Assembly: GCA_019235245.1 (NCBI GenBank)
Contig: JAFAKO010000099.1
Location: 1 to 59,064 of the forward strand
Reading direction: 5' to 3'
DNA: 59,064 bases
Origin: Gammaproteobacteria bacterium
GTDB lineage: Bacteria; Pseudomonadota; Gammaproteobacteria; Steroidobacterales; Steroidobacteraceae
Positions 17,981 to 27,961 of this stretch are shown here, piece by piece (the first letter of the stretch is position 1; each line of letters opens with the position of its first letter). The notes beneath the pieces were generated by a model. That model made no database searches, was not told the origin of the DNA, and saw nothing but the letters and a program-made list of their open reading frames with translations. Made by a program: the position numbers and the translations under genes.

Positions 17981-18984
17981 ACCTTGGCGAGTGCCTCGGC
18001 GAGCGGCGCTACCCCGCCACGCAGCGGATCGCAGACCGGCAGCGCGAGCTCGCGGGCAAGCTTGCCGCGATAGGCGTCCCACTCCGCCTCGCTCAGCTCG
18101 GAGGAGTTGATGCTGATGCCCACGCAGCGGATCGCGCGGTTGGTGAGACGGCCCGCCTGCAGGTAGCCCTCGATGACCACATCGAGCGGTGGGATCGGGT
18201 AGTCGGGATACTCTTCGATGGTGCGCCGCGCGGGATCGTGACACAACACGATGGCGTCCGGCTGCGAGCCGTGCAGCAAGCCGAGCGTGACCGCCGCGTA
18301 CGCCGGATGGTAGAGCGAGCCCTGCCCTTCGATCACATCCCAGTGGTCGGCGCGATTGTCCGGGGAGAGCGCCTCGGCTGCCCCGGCGAGGAAATCCGCC
18401 ACCAGCGCATCCACGGCGATGCCACTCCCTGCGATGAGGATGCCCGTCTGGCCGGTGGCCCGGAAGGTCGCCGCGAGGCCGCGCGCCTCGAGGGCGCGCG
18501 TCAGGGCGAGTGCGGTGTACTTCTTGCCGAGCGCGCAGTCGGTGCCGACCGTGAGCACGCGCTTGCCGCTGCGCTTGCGGCCGCTCGCGACCGCGAAGTC
18601 CCGCACCGGGTGGCGCACGTCGACGAGCCGCACCCCGCGCCGCTCCGCCGCCGCGCGCAGCCTTGGTGAGCTGCCGAGCCGGGTATGCAGGCCGCTCACC
18701 GCGTCGAGGCCGGCCTCGAGCGCCGCCTGCAGGTCATCCTGCCAATGCTCCGGGAGCTGTCCGCCGGTCGGTGCGACCCCGATGACGATCGACCCTGCAC
18801 CCCGGGCCGCGGCCTGCGCGGGCGAGAGCCGCGGGAGCCCGAGCGTTACCCGACCGTTGGGGTGCGACCACTCACCGAGCACATCGTCAGGGCACCAGTC
18901 GCGCAATCCGAACGCGGTCTTGCAGTCGGACTTGAGTACCGCATCCCCGAGGTACAGCAGATAAGGCTTGCGAAGCACGTGCAT
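17977..18984 (-). CDS. dgcN: DUF1611-family protein (DgcN-like N-acetyltransferase)
   Basis: 335 aa. The N-terminus KPYLLYLGD and the overall pattern match the DUF1611 family as I remember it. Classic pairing with an enolase-superfamily epimerase. Confidence 0.75.
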   Translation of the reverse strand: MHVLRKPYLLYLGDAVLKSDCKTAFGLRDWCPDDVLGEWSHPNGRVTLGLPRLSPAQAAARGAGSIVIGVAPTGGQLPEHWQDDLQAALEAGLDAVSGLHTRLGSSPRLRAAAERRGVRLVDVRHPVRDFAVASGRKRSGKRVLTVGTDCALGKKYTALALTRALEARGLAATFRATGQTGILIAGSGIAVDALVADFLAGAAEALSPDNRADHWDVIEGQGSLYHPAYAAVTLGLLHGSQPDAIVLCHDPARRTIEEYPDYPIPPLDVVIEGYLQAGRLTNRAIRCVGISINSSELSEAEWDAYRGKLARELALPVCDPLRGGVAPLAEALAKV

Positions 18985-19060
18985 GGCTGCAGAACCCGAA
19001 ATCGCACCCGCTCCCGATCATGCCACAAACACCCGCGCCCCCCCGCGCGCCGCTCACTCC

Positions 19061-20161
19061 TCAGGGGCGCGCCAGGTGCCGGTCGAAGAAACGCACCACG
19101 ACGCGGTACACCTCCTGCGACTCCGGCAGGTCCGGATCGAAGAAGAACGCGTGCCACATCCCATCCCACACATGCAGCTCCGCCTCGACCCCGGCACGGG
19201 TCAGGGCCGCCTGGGTGGCGAACAGCGAGCTCACCATCCCGTCGCGGGACCCGGCGATGAGCAGCGTCGGCGGAAAGGCGGCCAGCAGCGCCGGCGAGTT
19301 GATGGGCATCACCAGCGGGTCCGATGCCGATGCGTCGCTGAAATACGGCGATTCCAGTGAGGGGGCCTCGGTCGGGGCTGGCGGCCGCTCACCGGCCAGC
19401 AGCGGGGCCACATAGCGCGAGTCCCCGGTGGGCGGCGCGGCAGAGCCGCAGAACGTGCCGATCGCCCCGGGCAACGGCAGCTGCAGCTTCCGCAACCACG
19501 CGATCGATTCGGCGGCGAGGTAGCCGCCGGCCGAGCAGCCGTAGATGCCGATATCGGCCGACCGGTGCGTCTTGAGGAGCTCGCGGTACACGGCGGCCAC
19601 ATCCTCGCTCGCTGCAGGGAACTTGAACTCCGGCGCCATCCGGTAGGCCACGGTAATCACCGTGATCCGGCCGAGACCCGCAATCGGGATCGACTCGGTG
19701 AGTGCCCCGTTGTCCTCACCCCACAGGAAGCCACCGCCATGGAGGTTGATGAGGACGCGCTTGCGGTTCTCGGGCGCCACACCGGCGGTCGGGGTGATCA
19801 CCCGCACGTTCACGCCACCCAGCACCTTGCGCTCGATGCTGACGGGATAGAGCTGCTGCGCCCGCGCGACGTACGGGGCGTTCTTGTGGTCATCGAACTC
19901 GCGCACCAGGCGGATGTCGGCGCCCGGCGCGGGGCCGGGGTCCGGATGCGCGAATATCTCGATGAATCGCCGGCGCGACTTCTCACTCATGAAGTGCGAT
20001 GGCGGCACCGCGCTCGCAGGCACGTAGGCCACTCCCTCCGCGTCCACCTTCGGAGCGCTGGCGGCGCTCTCCGCCGCGCCCACGGGCGTGAGGAACACCC
20101 ACGTGAGGAGCATCACGAGTGTCCGGCACAGCCGGTGCTTCGGCGAGCAGACCTGCGACAT
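19061..20161 (-). CDS. exported alpha/beta hydrolase (hormone-sensitive-lipase-type esterase)
   Basis: Start at ATG 20161 gives a signal peptide. HGGGF oxyanion motif and GCSAGG nucleophile elbow. Confidence 0.85.
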   Translation of the reverse strand: MSQVCSPKHRLCRTLVMLLTWVFLTPVGAAESAASAPKVDAEGVAYVPASAVPPSHFMSEKSRRRFIEIFAHPDPGPAPGADIRLVREFDDHKNAPYVARAQQLYPVSIERKVLGGVNVRVITPTAGVAPENRKRVLINLHGGGFLWGEDNGALTESIPIAGLGRITVITVAYRMAPEFKFPAASEDVAAVYRELLKTHRSADIGIYGCSAGGYLAAESIAWLRKLQLPLPGAIGTFCGSAAPPTGDSRYVAPLLAGERPPAPTEAPSLESPYFSDASASDPLVMPINSPALLAAFPPTLLIAGSRDGMVSSLFATQAALTRAGVEAELHVWDGMWHAFFFDPDLPESQEVYRVVVRFFDRHLARP

Positions 20162-20241
20162 GGCAAACCTCACTGTTCGGTGTGTTGGCATAGGGCGAAC
20201 ATGCGCTAATCTCTGTGCCCGCCACAACCCGGCCGTGCAGC

Positions 20242-21219
20242 ATGGCGACCTCCCCCGAACCCGTCCGCTCCATCTCGCTCGCAGAGATCGAGCGGGCTCG
20301 ATCGACCATCGCGGGTACCGTGCTGCGCACCCCGCTGGTGCGCTTCGATGCGGGCGCCGGCGTACCTGAGATCCGGCTCAAGCTCGAGAACCTCCAGCCG
20401 ACCAACTCCTACAAGCTGCGCGGCGCCGCCAACGCCATCGCCCTGCTGCCCGAGGCAGCGCGCCAACGCGGCGTCTGGACCATCAGTGCCGGCAACGCCG
20501 GACAAGGCGTCGCTTATGCCGCGCGGCAGGCCGGGGTGTCATGCTCGGTAGTGGCGATAGAGACGGCGCCGGCAGCGAAGATCGCGCGCATGAAGGCGCT
20601 CGGCGCACGGCTGGTCACCGTTCCCTACGCGGTGGCGTGGGCCGCGCTCGACGCACGTGCCTTCCCCGGCATGGAAGGCACGTTCATCCATCCGTTCGAT
20701 GATCATCACTTCATCACCGGGCACGCCACGATGGGACTGGAGATACTGGAAGATGCTCCGGATACCGCCGTGGTCATCGCCGCCATTGGCGGCGGCGGCC
20801 TCATCACAGGCGTCGCGAGCGCTATCAAGGCGCTCAATCCGCGGATCAAGGTCTTTGGTGCGGAGCCCGAGACCGCCGCCCCGGTCGCACGCTCCTTCGC
20901 CCAGGGATCGCCGCAGGCATTTCCCGAGTGGACGGCGTCCTTCGTCGATGGCGCGGGCGGCAAGAGCGTGTTTCCCCGCATGTGGGAGCGGATGCGTCCG
21001 GTCGTCGATGGTTCGATCGTCGTGAGCCTGGAAGAGACCAAGCGCGCAGTGCGCATGCTCGCGGAACGATCGCGCGTCGTCGCGGAGGGCGCAGGCGCCC
21101 TGGCGCTCGCCGCGGCCCTCACCGGCAAAGCCGGCGCCGGTCCCATCGTTGCCATCGTCTCCGGCGGCAACATCGATCTCGAGAAGTTCTGCGAGATTCT
21201 CGCAGCGGCCAGGAGCTGA
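20242..21219 (+). CDS. PLP-dependent serine/threonine dehydratase family protein
   Basis: PLP-lysine motif NSYKLRGA and glycine loop IGGGGL. ATG 20242 preferred. Confidence 0.85.
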   Translation: MATSPEPVRSISLAEIERARSTIAGTVLRTPLVRFDAGAGVPEIRLKLENLQPTNSYKLRGAANAIALLPEAARQRGVWTISAGNAGQGVAYAARQAGVSCSVVAIETAPAAKIARMKALGARLVTVPYAVAWAALDARAFPGMEGTFIHPFDDHHFITGHATMGLEILEDAPDTAVVIAAIGGGGLITGVASAIKALNPRIKVFGAEPETAAPVARSFAQGSPQAFPEWTASFVDGAGGKSVFPRMWERMRPVVDGSIVVSLEETKRAVRMLAERSRVVAEGAGALALAAALTGKAGAGPIVAIVSGGNIDLEKFCEILAAARS

Positions 21220-21236
21220 AGGCCGCCGCGAGCGGC

Positions 21237-22463
21237 TCACGCGCTCGGCGGCGTGCCTGCCAGGTAGCGCACGAGATGATCGACCAGGTCGCGTGCGTCG
21301 TCCTCGGCGCCGATGATGAAGGTCGATTTGCGCCGGCGTAGCACCGGTAGTCCGATCGCGTACATCCCGGGCGCTGCGGTGATCACACCGCCGTCGTGGC
21401 GCAGCTCGCCCTTGCGATCGAGCACCGGAACCTCGAGCCAGCGATAGTCGGGACGAAAACCGGTAGCCCACACGATCGAGCGGACCTCCCCGCTGCGCAG
21501 GTCGAGCGACAGCCGCGGCGCTGCCGGCGCCTGCGTAGGCTCGAACGGCTCCGCAGCGTGCCCGACATCGAGCGCGGCGGTGCGCGCCCATTCATCGAAG
21601 GTGGCGAGGAGGCGCTGCATCTTCAGGTCCGCGAGCGCGAACTGGTTGCGCAGCCCGCCGGAGAAGAGCGCCGCGCCATCGCGGATCGCAGCCACGCGGC
21701 CCACGATCTCGACGCCTGCCGCGCGCAGCACATTGAGATCGAGTGTCGCGTGCTCCGGGGTCCCGACGAGCTGCGGCGAGGGAAGTCCGCGCGCACGCTC
21801 GAGCTCATCGATCTCATCGTAACGCTGACTCCAGACCCCCGAGTGCTCCATCCACCACAGCACGTCCCGTCCGCGGTAGTTGCGCGGCAGCCGCACGTGC
21901 TCCCCGACCGCGAGGATCACGCTGCGCCCCGAGCGGCGGATCTCATCGGCGAGCTGCACGCCGGTGGCCGAGGCACCGATCACGAGCACCCCGCCCTCGG
22001 GCAAGCGGCCGGGATTGCCGTAGTCGAAGGGCGTCACGGATACGATGCGCTCCGGCACCGCCTGCCGCAGCTGCGGGACCCGCGGTACGTTGGCGGCGCC
22101 GCTCGCGATCACGACGCAGCGGCAGCGCAGCTCGCCGCGGTCGGTCGCGAGGTGGTAGCCGCCATCGATGCGCCGCAGCGCGGTGAGGTTGGTATGCGTG
22201 CGCACGGGCGCCGCGGCCGCCGCCGCGAACGCCGCGATGTGCCCGATGAGCTCCGGCATGCTCATGAAGCCATCGGGGTCCGCGCCCGTATACGGGTGGC
22301 CGGGGAGCCGGCTCTGCCAGTTCGGTGTCAGCAGGTGCAGCGAGTCCCAGCGCTCATGGCGCCAGGAGTTGGCCACCTCGCCGCGCTCGACCACCGCGTG
22401 ATCGATCGAGTGCTCGGTGAGCACGCTGCTGATCGCGAGCCCGGCGTGACCGGCGCCGATCAC
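21237..22463 (-). CDS. FAD/NAD(P)-binding flavin monooxygenase-like oxidoreductase
   Basis: Two dinucleotide-binding motifs (VIGAGHAGLA at the N-terminus, VIGASATGVQLA in the middle). The GTG start leaves a very short N-terminus, so the start is uncertain. Confidence 0.8.
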   Translation of the reverse strand: MIGAGHAGLAISSVLTEHSIDHAVVERGEVANSWRHERWDSLHLLTPNWQSRLPGHPYTGADPDGFMSMPELIGHIAAFAAAAAAPVRTHTNLTALRRIDGGYHLATDRGELRCRCVVIASGAANVPRVPQLRQAVPERIVSVTPFDYGNPGRLPEGGVLVIGASATGVQLADEIRRSGRSVILAVGEHVRLPRNYRGRDVLWWMEHSGVWSQRYDEIDELERARGLPSPQLVGTPEHATLDLNVLRAAGVEIVGRVAAIRDGAALFSGGLRNQFALADLKMQRLLATFDEWARTAALDVGHAAEPFEPTQAPAAPRLSLDLRSGEVRSIVWATGFRPDYRWLEVPVLDRKGELRHDGGVITAAPGMYAIGLPVLRRRKSTFIIGAEDDARDLVDHLVRYLAGTPPSA

Positions 22464-22515
22464 GACGGCCGTCAGGTGTTCGATGGCGAGCCCCGTGTCG
22501 GGCCGTGCAGTCCCG

Positions 22516-23067
22516 CTACACCACTTCGACGGTGACGTTGCAGGGGTTGGTCACGATGTCGTAGACGGCCGAGCGCTTCTGCGATTGCGCGACCAGTGCC
22601 TCGATGTCCTTCTTGGACGCGTCCGCATCGATGTGGAACGTCACCTTGATGTCGTCGTAGCCGTTGCGCACATCGCCATCGATGCCGAGTATCCCGTAGA
22701 GGTTCATCTTGCCCTCGAGCTTCGCCTCGACCGAGCGCAGCTGGATGCCGCGGTTCTGCGCGACGGTGGCGACACCGGCGGTCAGGCAGCTCGCGAGGCC
22801 GACCAGCACCAGCTCGACCGGGGTCGCGCCGTGATCCTCGGAGGCGAAGATCTCCGGGTGATCGGTCTCGAAGGAGAACTGCGTCTTGTGCCGCTGCTCA
22901 TCCCCGAGGCCGTGGAATCCCTGGACGGTGGAGGTGGCGTGCGTACCGTTCTGCCATTTGCAGGAGGCGCGCCAGGTGAATTTGGCGGCATCGGGCGCGT
23001 TCTTCAGCGCTTCCCGCGCGGCCAGCAGTGCGTCGATGTTCACGCCGTTATTTACGCTCTGAGCCAT
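22516..23067 (-). CDS. OsmC-family peroxiredoxin-like protein
   Basis: AGGAGA RBS. OsmC-type pattern ATPVELVLVGLASC..; 183 aa. Confidence 0.85.
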   Translation of the reverse strand: MAQSVNNGVNIDALLAAREALKNAPDAAKFTWRASCKWQNGTHATSTVQGFHGLGDEQRHKTQFSFETDHPEIFASEDHGATPVELVLVGLASCLTAGVATVAQNRGIQLRSVEAKLEGKMNLYGILGIDGDVRNGYDDIKVTFHIDADASKKDIEALVAQSQKRSAVYDIVTNPCNVTVEVV

Positions 23068-23196
23068 CGGCTGTCTCCTAGGATGAGGTGGAAGGTCTTG
23101 TAGATTGCCTTCGTCGCGCTAACCCGCCGAGCGTACCGCTCGCCCCACCAGGGAACAAGCCGCCGGCGCGTTCCTGCAGCAATTTCCTGGCCATAA

Positions 23197-25067
<1,871 letters not shown>

Positions 25068-25226
25068 TCGGGCGGTTGCTGCCAGCTGCCGCTCGGCGGC
25101 CCGGCCGGCCGGCAGCACAGCACCCCGAGCTGGCCGTTCGAGAGCTTTCGAGAGCCCGAACACATCGCGTATCAAGGGTCCCGCGGTCGCCGGTAAAATG
25201 CGCTCGACGAACGAGGAAGGAGCAGC

Positions 25227-25514
25227 ATGGCGGCATACATCATCGCCAACGTTCAGGTGACCGATCCCGCGGTCTACGAGGAATATCGCCGCCAGGTCCC
25301 CGCCATCATCGCGGCCTACGGTGGCCGCTTCCTGGCACGCGGCGGTCAGGTGGAGGACCTGGAAAGCGGTGCCAATCCGCAGCGGGTCGTCGTGCTCGAG
25401 TTTCCCGACATGGCGCGGCTCAAAGCCTTCTACCACTCGCCCGAGTACCAGCCGCTGATTGCGCTGCGCCAGCGCGCGTCCCGCGCGACGTTGTTCGCCG
25501 TCGGCGGCGTTTGA
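25227..25514 (+). CDS. DUF1330 domain protein
   Basis: 95 aa with a GGAAGGAG RBS. AYIIANVQVTD..YEEYR..GGRFLARGG matches DUF1330 as I remember it. Confidence 0.8.
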   Translation: MAAYIIANVQVTDPAVYEEYRRQVPAIIAAYGGRFLARGGQVEDLESGANPQRVVVLEFPDMARLKAFYHSPEYQPLIALRQRASRATLFAVGGV

Positions 25515-25562
25515 TCAGGAGTGTCGCCCGGCTGCCCTTGCTCAGCGGTCTTTGGTCGCACG

Positions 25563-26477
25563 CTAGGCTTGCTCATATACCTTGAGTCGGACGAGTACGG
25601 TCGCGAGGAGCGGGGTGGGCACGCCTCTCGCCGCCGCCCGCCTTACCAGATCGCCGACGATCTGGTCAGCCTCGATGCGGGCACCGGATTTCATGTCGCG
25701 GTACATCGAGGAGGTGAGACTCGAGCTGCGGTCCGTGAGCAACGCCAGCACCTGAGACTTGAACGGGTCGGCGAGTGGGCGCCACTCGGCGCCGACCGTG
25801 GCGGCGACCTCATCGAAGAGCCGACGCACGAAGTCCTCGCCTCCGGGTGCGCGCGCGACGCGGCCAATGTCACCATCCATCAGACAGGTGATGGCTCCGA
25901 GGCTCGCGAGCATCGCCCACTTCTCCCACATCTCCCGCTCGATCTCGGTCGATAAGCGCGCATCGAACCCGGCACCGCGCATGAACTGATCGAGCGCCAC
26001 GATGCGCTCGGAGCGCGCACCGTCCCATTCGCCGTAGGACAGGTCGTGAAAACTCGCCTGGTCCACGATCCGTCCCTGCTCATCGAGGCTCGTGGCGATG
26101 CGCGCCACCCCGCCCAGAACGCGCGGCGCGCCGAAACGGGATCGCAGTGCGTCCATGTGCTGCATGCCGTTCAGCACCGGGAAAATCATGGTGCGCTCCG
26201 TCACGCAGGGAGCGAAGTCGGCGATCGCGGCATCGAGCTGATACGCCTTGACCGCCAGCAGGATCACATCGAAATCACCCGCTCCGCGGCCCTGGCTGCT
26301 CAGGATGAGCTTCACCGGGATGGTGGTTTCACGACCGTGGCTGAGGATGGTGAGTCCACGCGTGAGCTGCGTGGCGCGGTGCGGGCGCACGAGAAAGCTG
26401 ACGTCCCGGCCCGCTGCGGCCAGCCGGGCGCCGAAGTAGCCGCCGACGCTGCCCGCTCCCACGATCAGGCCTCTCAT
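25563..26477 (-). CDS. panE: 2-dehydropantoate 2-reductase
   Basis: N-terminal GAGSVGGYFGARLA Rossmann motif. 304 aa, ApbA/PanE-like layout. Confidence 0.85.
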   Translation of the reverse strand: MRGLIVGAGSVGGYFGARLAAAGRDVSFLVRPHRATQLTRGLTILSHGRETTIPVKLILSSQGRGAGDFDVILLAVKAYQLDAAIADFAPCVTERTMIFPVLNGMQHMDALRSRFGAPRVLGGVARIATSLDEQGRIVDQASFHDLSYGEWDGARSERIVALDQFMRGAGFDARLSTEIEREMWEKWAMLASLGAITCLMDGDIGRVARAPGGEDFVRRLFDEVAATVGAEWRPLADPFKSQVLALLTDRSSSLTSSMYRDMKSGARIEADQIVGDLVRRAAARGVPTPLLATVLVRLKVYEQA

Positions 26478-26564
26478 ATCCGCTCCCCCCTATCCGGGCT
26501 GGATGTCGATTGTGGTTGTGTGGCAGTCGGGTGTCACTACACCCGGTGGGAGAGCCGTATGACC

Positions 26565-26716
26565 TCGTGCGCATGATCCCTGCGCATACCGCATGCGCAC
26601 CTCTCATGCGCATGACCCATGCGCACGACCCATGCGCACGACCCATGCGCATGCCTCATGCGCATTCCCCATGCGCATTCCCCATGCGCATCACCCCTCC
26701 GCACCCTTTCGGCACA
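26565..26716. repeat. tandem array of a 13-bp unit, consensus CATGCGCAYNNCC (10 in-register copies plus 2 decayed)
   Basis: TGCGCA occurs at 26568, 26581, 26594, 26607, 26620, 26633, 26646, 26659, 26672 and 26685, an exact 13-bp spacing. Located in the intergenic region between divergent genes. Confidence 0.95.
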
Positions 26717-26799
26717 TTCACCCCCCATTCACCTCGCGTATTGCATGGTTTACGTGTGCCGGGCAGAGTTCGATCTCGTTCCTCAGGAGGCGAAGCGCA

Positions 26800-27945
26800 A
26801 TGCTCAAGACAGCTGCTGCCACGTTGCTGATCGTGGCGTCGGTCACGTTCGGTGCCCTGTCCTTTCCGACCCCTGCGAGCGCGCAGATCGGCATCGGCTT
26901 CTCGATTACCTTCGCCCCGCCGCCTCTTCCGGTGTACGAGCAGCCGCCCATCCCGGCGCCGGGCTACATCTTCATACCGGGGTACTGGTATTACGGTCCG
27001 TACGGCTACTACTGGGTCCCGGGCACCTGGGTCGAGCCGCCTGAGGTGGGCCTGCTGTGGACGCCGGGCTACTGGGGCTGGTCGGACGGGTTCTTCGTCT
27101 GGAACGCGGGGTATTGGGCGCCGGAGGTCGGCTTCTACGGAGGGGTCGTCTACGGCTTCGGATACCCGGGACATGGGTACGAAGGCGGTGAATGGCGCGA
27201 GAACCGCTTCTGGTACAACCGCGAAGTCAACAACGTCACCAACGTGCACATCGAGAACGTCTATTCCAGAACGGTCGTCAACAACGTCACGGTGACCAAC
27301 ATCAGCTACGTGGGCGGCCCCGGCGGGCTGTCAGCGCAGCCGACGGCGCAGGAGCAGCGGGTGGCCCACCAGCACCACGTCGCAGCCACTCCCGCTCAAT
27401 TGCAGCATCGGGAGACCGCGGCCTCGCGACCGGAGCTCGTCGCCTCCATGAATCACGGCAAGCCCCCGATCGCCGCGACTTCGAAGCCCAACAATTTCCA
27501 GTCGCACGCGGTCGCCGCCACCCGGGCCGGCGGCCCGGTGATGGTGCATGCGACCGACCTGCCCAAGCCCGAGGCGCCGAGAGCCGAGACTCCACCGCAT
27601 GCAACGAACACTGCCGCGCCCAGACCCGCCGCGCCCCCGCCGGAAGCGGAATCCCAGCGGCAGCAGGCGGAGCTGCAGACGCGGCACAACCAGGAGCGTG
27701 AATCGCTCGCGCAGATGCAGGAGCGCGATCACGCCTACATGTCGCAGCAGAACGCCAATCAACGGCAGATGGCGACCATGGAGCACCAGCACCGTCAGCA
27801 GACTCAGTTCCTGGAGCAGCGTCAGGCGAACGAGATGCAGAACCTGCGCGCACCGCAGCCCCCCCATGCGGCGCCGCCGCCCCATGCCGCACCGCCGCAC
27901 GCGGCCCCGCCCGCTGCACCGCGAAACGAGCCGAACCGACACTAG
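26800..27945 (+). CDS. exported YXWGXW-repeat protein with Gln/His-rich coiled-coil-like and Pro/Ala-rich C-terminus
   Basis: AGGAGG RBS 9 nt upstream of ATG 26800. Signal peptide ..SFPTPASAQ. Repeated PGYWYYGPYGYYWVPGTW / PGYWGWSDGFFVWNAGYW. C-terminal PPHAAPPPHAAPPHAAPP. Confidence 0.8.
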   Translation: MLKTAAATLLIVASVTFGALSFPTPASAQIGIGFSITFAPPPLPVYEQPPIPAPGYIFIPGYWYYGPYGYYWVPGTWVEPPEVGLLWTPGYWGWSDGFFVWNAGYWAPEVGFYGGVVYGFGYPGHGYEGGEWRENRFWYNREVNNVTNVHIENVYSRTVVNNVTVTNISYVGGPGGLSAQPTAQEQRVAHQHHVAATPAQLQHRETAASRPELVASMNHGKPPIAATSKPNNFQSHAVAATRAGGPVMVHATDLPKPEAPRAETPPHATNTAAPRPAAPPPEAESQRQQAELQTRHNQERESLAQMQERDHAYMSQQNANQRQMATMEHQHRQQTQFLEQRQANEMQNLRAPQPPHAAPPPHAAPPHAAPPAAPRNEPNRH

Positions 27946-27961
27946 CCACGGTCCTCTTGCG

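Noticed and set aside
25146-25164. Tandem TTCGAGAGC-T-TTCGAGAGC duplication in the leader of the DUF1330 gene
   Set aside because: It has only two copies of 9 bp with no palindromic character. It could be a trivial slippage duplication, so I recorded it here but not as a finding.
26565-26716. CRISPR array interpretation of the 13-bp array (and of the 11-bp array at 38748..38840)
   Set aside because: The units are directly adjacent with no spacers, and are far shorter than CRISPR repeats. No cas genes are in the window.
26593-26799. In-frame His/Cys-rich extension (MRTSHAHDPCARPMRTTHAHASC...) of the YXWGXW gene through the 13-bp array; possible metal-binding N-terminus
   Set aside because: A strong AGGAGG RBS and a canonical signal peptide start at 26800. 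A 13-bp DNA period cannot be maintained for coding reasons, and the track has long ORFs through the array on both strands. The openness is a by-product of the repeat.
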